This document shows, piece by piece, positions 62,066 to 64,000 of a stretch of DNA of 64,000 nucleotides. The stretch covers positions 1,517 through 65,516 of IMG/VR virus record IMGVR_UViG_3300042332_000866; one strand, given 5' to 3'. Within the stretch, counting starts at the first letter, position 1. Each line of letters starts with the position of its first letter. Made by a program: the position numbers and the translations under genes. The notes below the pieces were generated by a model, which searched no databases, had not been told where the DNA came from, and worked only from the letters and a program-made list of their open reading frames with translations. Origin of the DNA: a virus (taxonomy: Duplodnaviria > Caudoviricetes).

Positions 62066-64000
62066 ATGCCCACTTCTCCGCTCGTAGCCGACGCCAACCA
62101 AGTCGCAATATCCATACCTCCTGTCGTCTCACCTGACGACAACGAGATTGTGAAACGTCGGTTGAAGAGCGCGTCCGACCTATCTAATCTCTATCAAAGC
62201 CTCTTCAACGAGGACTTGGAATCGAGCCGCAAGCGTTCAATGGTGGACGCAGCGATTGGTGGAGAAGCTCCCTACGATCCACGGAAAGAACGAAAACTAG
62301 GCACTCTGGGCCGTTCAAATATCAACTTTGGCATCCTGCTTCAAAATGTTGAGGAGGCCCAAATGCCTTTTTTCAGGCTCCTTGAGAGTCTTGATACCCT
62401 CTGCACGATGCCGTTGAAGTCTGACTTCGCGGATGAAGAGACACGGCAGATGTGGGAGCCAGCTATTGCTGAAGAGTTCTCCAAGGTCATCAAGAACTGG
62501 GCGTCGTTCCACCCTCGCTGGGGGCAACTCAGCCTGCTGTATGTCATCGACGGCCTTGGTTTCACCCTCTTTTCTGACGGGATCGACTGGAGATGGCAGG
62601 TCAAAGGGCTCCAGCATCTCAAGTTCCCTCGCGATGCCGAAGCCGATGTGAACTATCTCGACGTAGTCGCTGTCGAGAGCAAGATGCGTCCTGACGAGCT
62701 TCTGCGGAAAGTCCAAGCCGAAGACAAGCTGCCTGAAGGCGACAAGCGCTACTGGAACAAACAAGCAGTTCTGCAAGCGGTCAAAGAGACGGCAGGATCA
62801 AGCTCTGTTAACACCAACAACCCCGAGGAAGTGGTGGATGCTTGGAAGAACAACGACATCTCCTTGAGCATGTCAGGAGTAACGGTGAAAGTCATTCACG
62901 GTTATGTTCGTGAAACCGACGGCACCGTCAGCCACTACGTATCCCGCTACGACGGCGTCGGGGATTTCCTCTATGTCTGCGAAAGCAAGTTCACCGATAT
63001 AAGCCAACTGATGACCGCATTCATTGGCAATGTCGGCACCAACGGAGATTTCCATTCGATTCGCGGACTTGGTTACAAGATGTTCGCCCCAACAACCGGG
63101 CAGAACCGAGCGATCAACAAGTTCCTCGATGCCGCCTTTACGGCAGCAACACCTCACCTGACAACTGATAACGAAGACGCCAATGTCGAGCAGTCTATCG
63201 TTCAGATGGGGCCATACAACATCATGGCGAAAGGGACAGCGTTCCAAGAAACGAACCTGCCTGACTTCAGCCAGACCCTCATCCCAGCGCTTTCAACCCT
63301 CGGACAACTTACCAGTTCACGGGCAGCAGCGTCTTCTCCAGTATCATCGAGCGACGTTTCCCGCACTCAGAAGACCAAGTTCCAAGTTCAGACGGAAACC
63401 GAGCAGAAGGGTGCTCTTCAATCCAGCAGTTTCGTGAACTTCACAGTCGCGTGGCAACGTCACCTTCAGTGTGTGGCTCGGCGCATCTGCCGCGAAGACT
63501 ACCAAGCTACCGACCCAGGCGGCAAGGAAGCGTGGGAGTTCCGTAACCGACTTGTCCGTCGTGGAGTGCCACTCGAAGCACTCAACCACATCGACTTCAT
63601 CTCCATCGAGGCAAACACTGGACTCGGGAAAGGTAGTTCAAACGAACGCCGCACCATCGTTGACGCTCTCAGTGAGCGAGTCGGCCCTTTCCTCGATCAG
63701 AAAGGCCAGCAACTGCTCCAACGCTGGACCGTTTCCGCCTACGCAGGTCCGCAGATCGCCAAGCTACTCGTTCCCGACCAGCCCGGCCTGCGTCCGCCAG
63801 TCGATGCGACGATTGCACAGATGGAGAACAGCCTCATGTCGATGGGCCAGCCGCCATCATTCGAGCCGAACCAAGATCACGTGGTCCATCTCGACAAGCA
63901 TCTCCAAAGGCTCTACGAAGTCAACACTCAGCTTACCGAGATGCAGATCGAGCTGCGTCCAGCCATCGACCAGATGCAACCTATCTGGGAGCACAGCATC
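62066..64000 (+). CDS. Portal protein, 3'-truncated by the window edge
   Basis: Long frame from ATG 62066 (MPTSPLVADANQ...GEAPYDP...SNINFG...HSIRGLG) running to the window end, so absent from the ORF track; would precede the scaffold on a circular map. Confidence 0.7.
   Translation, partial: MPTSPLVADANQVAISIPPVVSPDDNEIVKRRLKSASDLSNLYQSLFNEDLESSRKRSMVDAAIGGEAPYDPRKERKLGTLGRSNINFGILLQNVEEAQMPFFRLLESLDTLCTMPLKSDFADEETRQMWEPAIAEEFSKVIKNWASFHPRWGQLSLLYVIDGLGFTLFSDGIDWRWQVKGLQHLKFPRDAEADVNYLDVVAVESKMRPDELLRKVQAEDKLPEGDKRYWNKQAVLQAVKETAGSSSVNTNNPEEVVDAWKNNDISLSMSGVTVKVIHGYVRETDGTVSHYVSRYDGVGDFLYVCESKFTDISQLMTAFIGNVGTNGDFHSIRGLGYKMFAPTTGQNRAINKFLDAAFTAATPHLTTDNEDANVEQSIVQMGPYNIMAKGTAFQETNLPDFSQTLIPALSTLGQLTSSRAAASSPVSSSDVSRTQKTKFQVQTETEQKGALQSSSFVNFTVAWQRHLQCVARRICREDYQATDPGGKEAWEFRNRLVRRGVPLEALNHIDFISIEANTGLGKGSSNERRTIVDALSERVGPFLDQKGQQLLQRWTVSAYAGPQIAKLLVPDQPGLRPPVDATIAQMENSLMSMGQPPSFEPNQDHVVHLDKHLQRLYEVNTQLTEMQIELRPAIDQMQPIWEHSI

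Noticed and set aside
1-64000. Alternative genetic code, diversity-generating retroelement or prophage integration module
   Set aside because: Genes are intact under code 11 with all three stops in use; no reverse transcriptase, template/variable repeat pair, integrase or host genes were seen

Overview
The window covers nearly all of a tailed dsDNA bacteriophage genome, probably podovirus-like. It starts inside the scaffold gene and ends inside the portal gene, so the genome is probably circularly permuted and only slightly longer than 64 kb. The + strand (1-28.4 kb and 58.3-64 kb) carries the scaffold, tRNA-Pro, major capsid, fibre/decoration proteins, a lysis cassette with overlapped spanins (Gram-negative host), delta-60/Ig-like tail proteins, putative internal virion proteins (up to 2786 aa), a probable TerS and the portal. 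The - strand (28.4-57.7 kb) carries small early genes, an XRE regulator, primase-helicase, a DUF2800 nuclease, DUF2815 SSB, family A DNA polymerase, VRR-NUC, SNF2 helicase, HNH endonucleases, TerL and glycan-modifying enzymes. No RNA polymerase or integrase was seen. The tail proteins suggest a Verrucomicrobia-like host (inference). Main unusual signals: (1) eight unrelated non-virion proteins plus one micro-ORF end in the same acidic-[DE]-F-C-stop tag, encoded by varied codons; (2) a delta-60 beta-propeller tail gene is split mid-repeat by a mucin-like Thr tract followed by methyltransferase and glycosyltransferase genes; (3) several non-canonical structured RNAs, including a circularly permuted tRNA (YrlA-like) and a tRNA mimic with an expanded anticodon arm; (4) a bipartite repeat with an invariant 60-bp spacing precedes the early genes. 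All family assignments come from motif recognition by eye, not from database searches.
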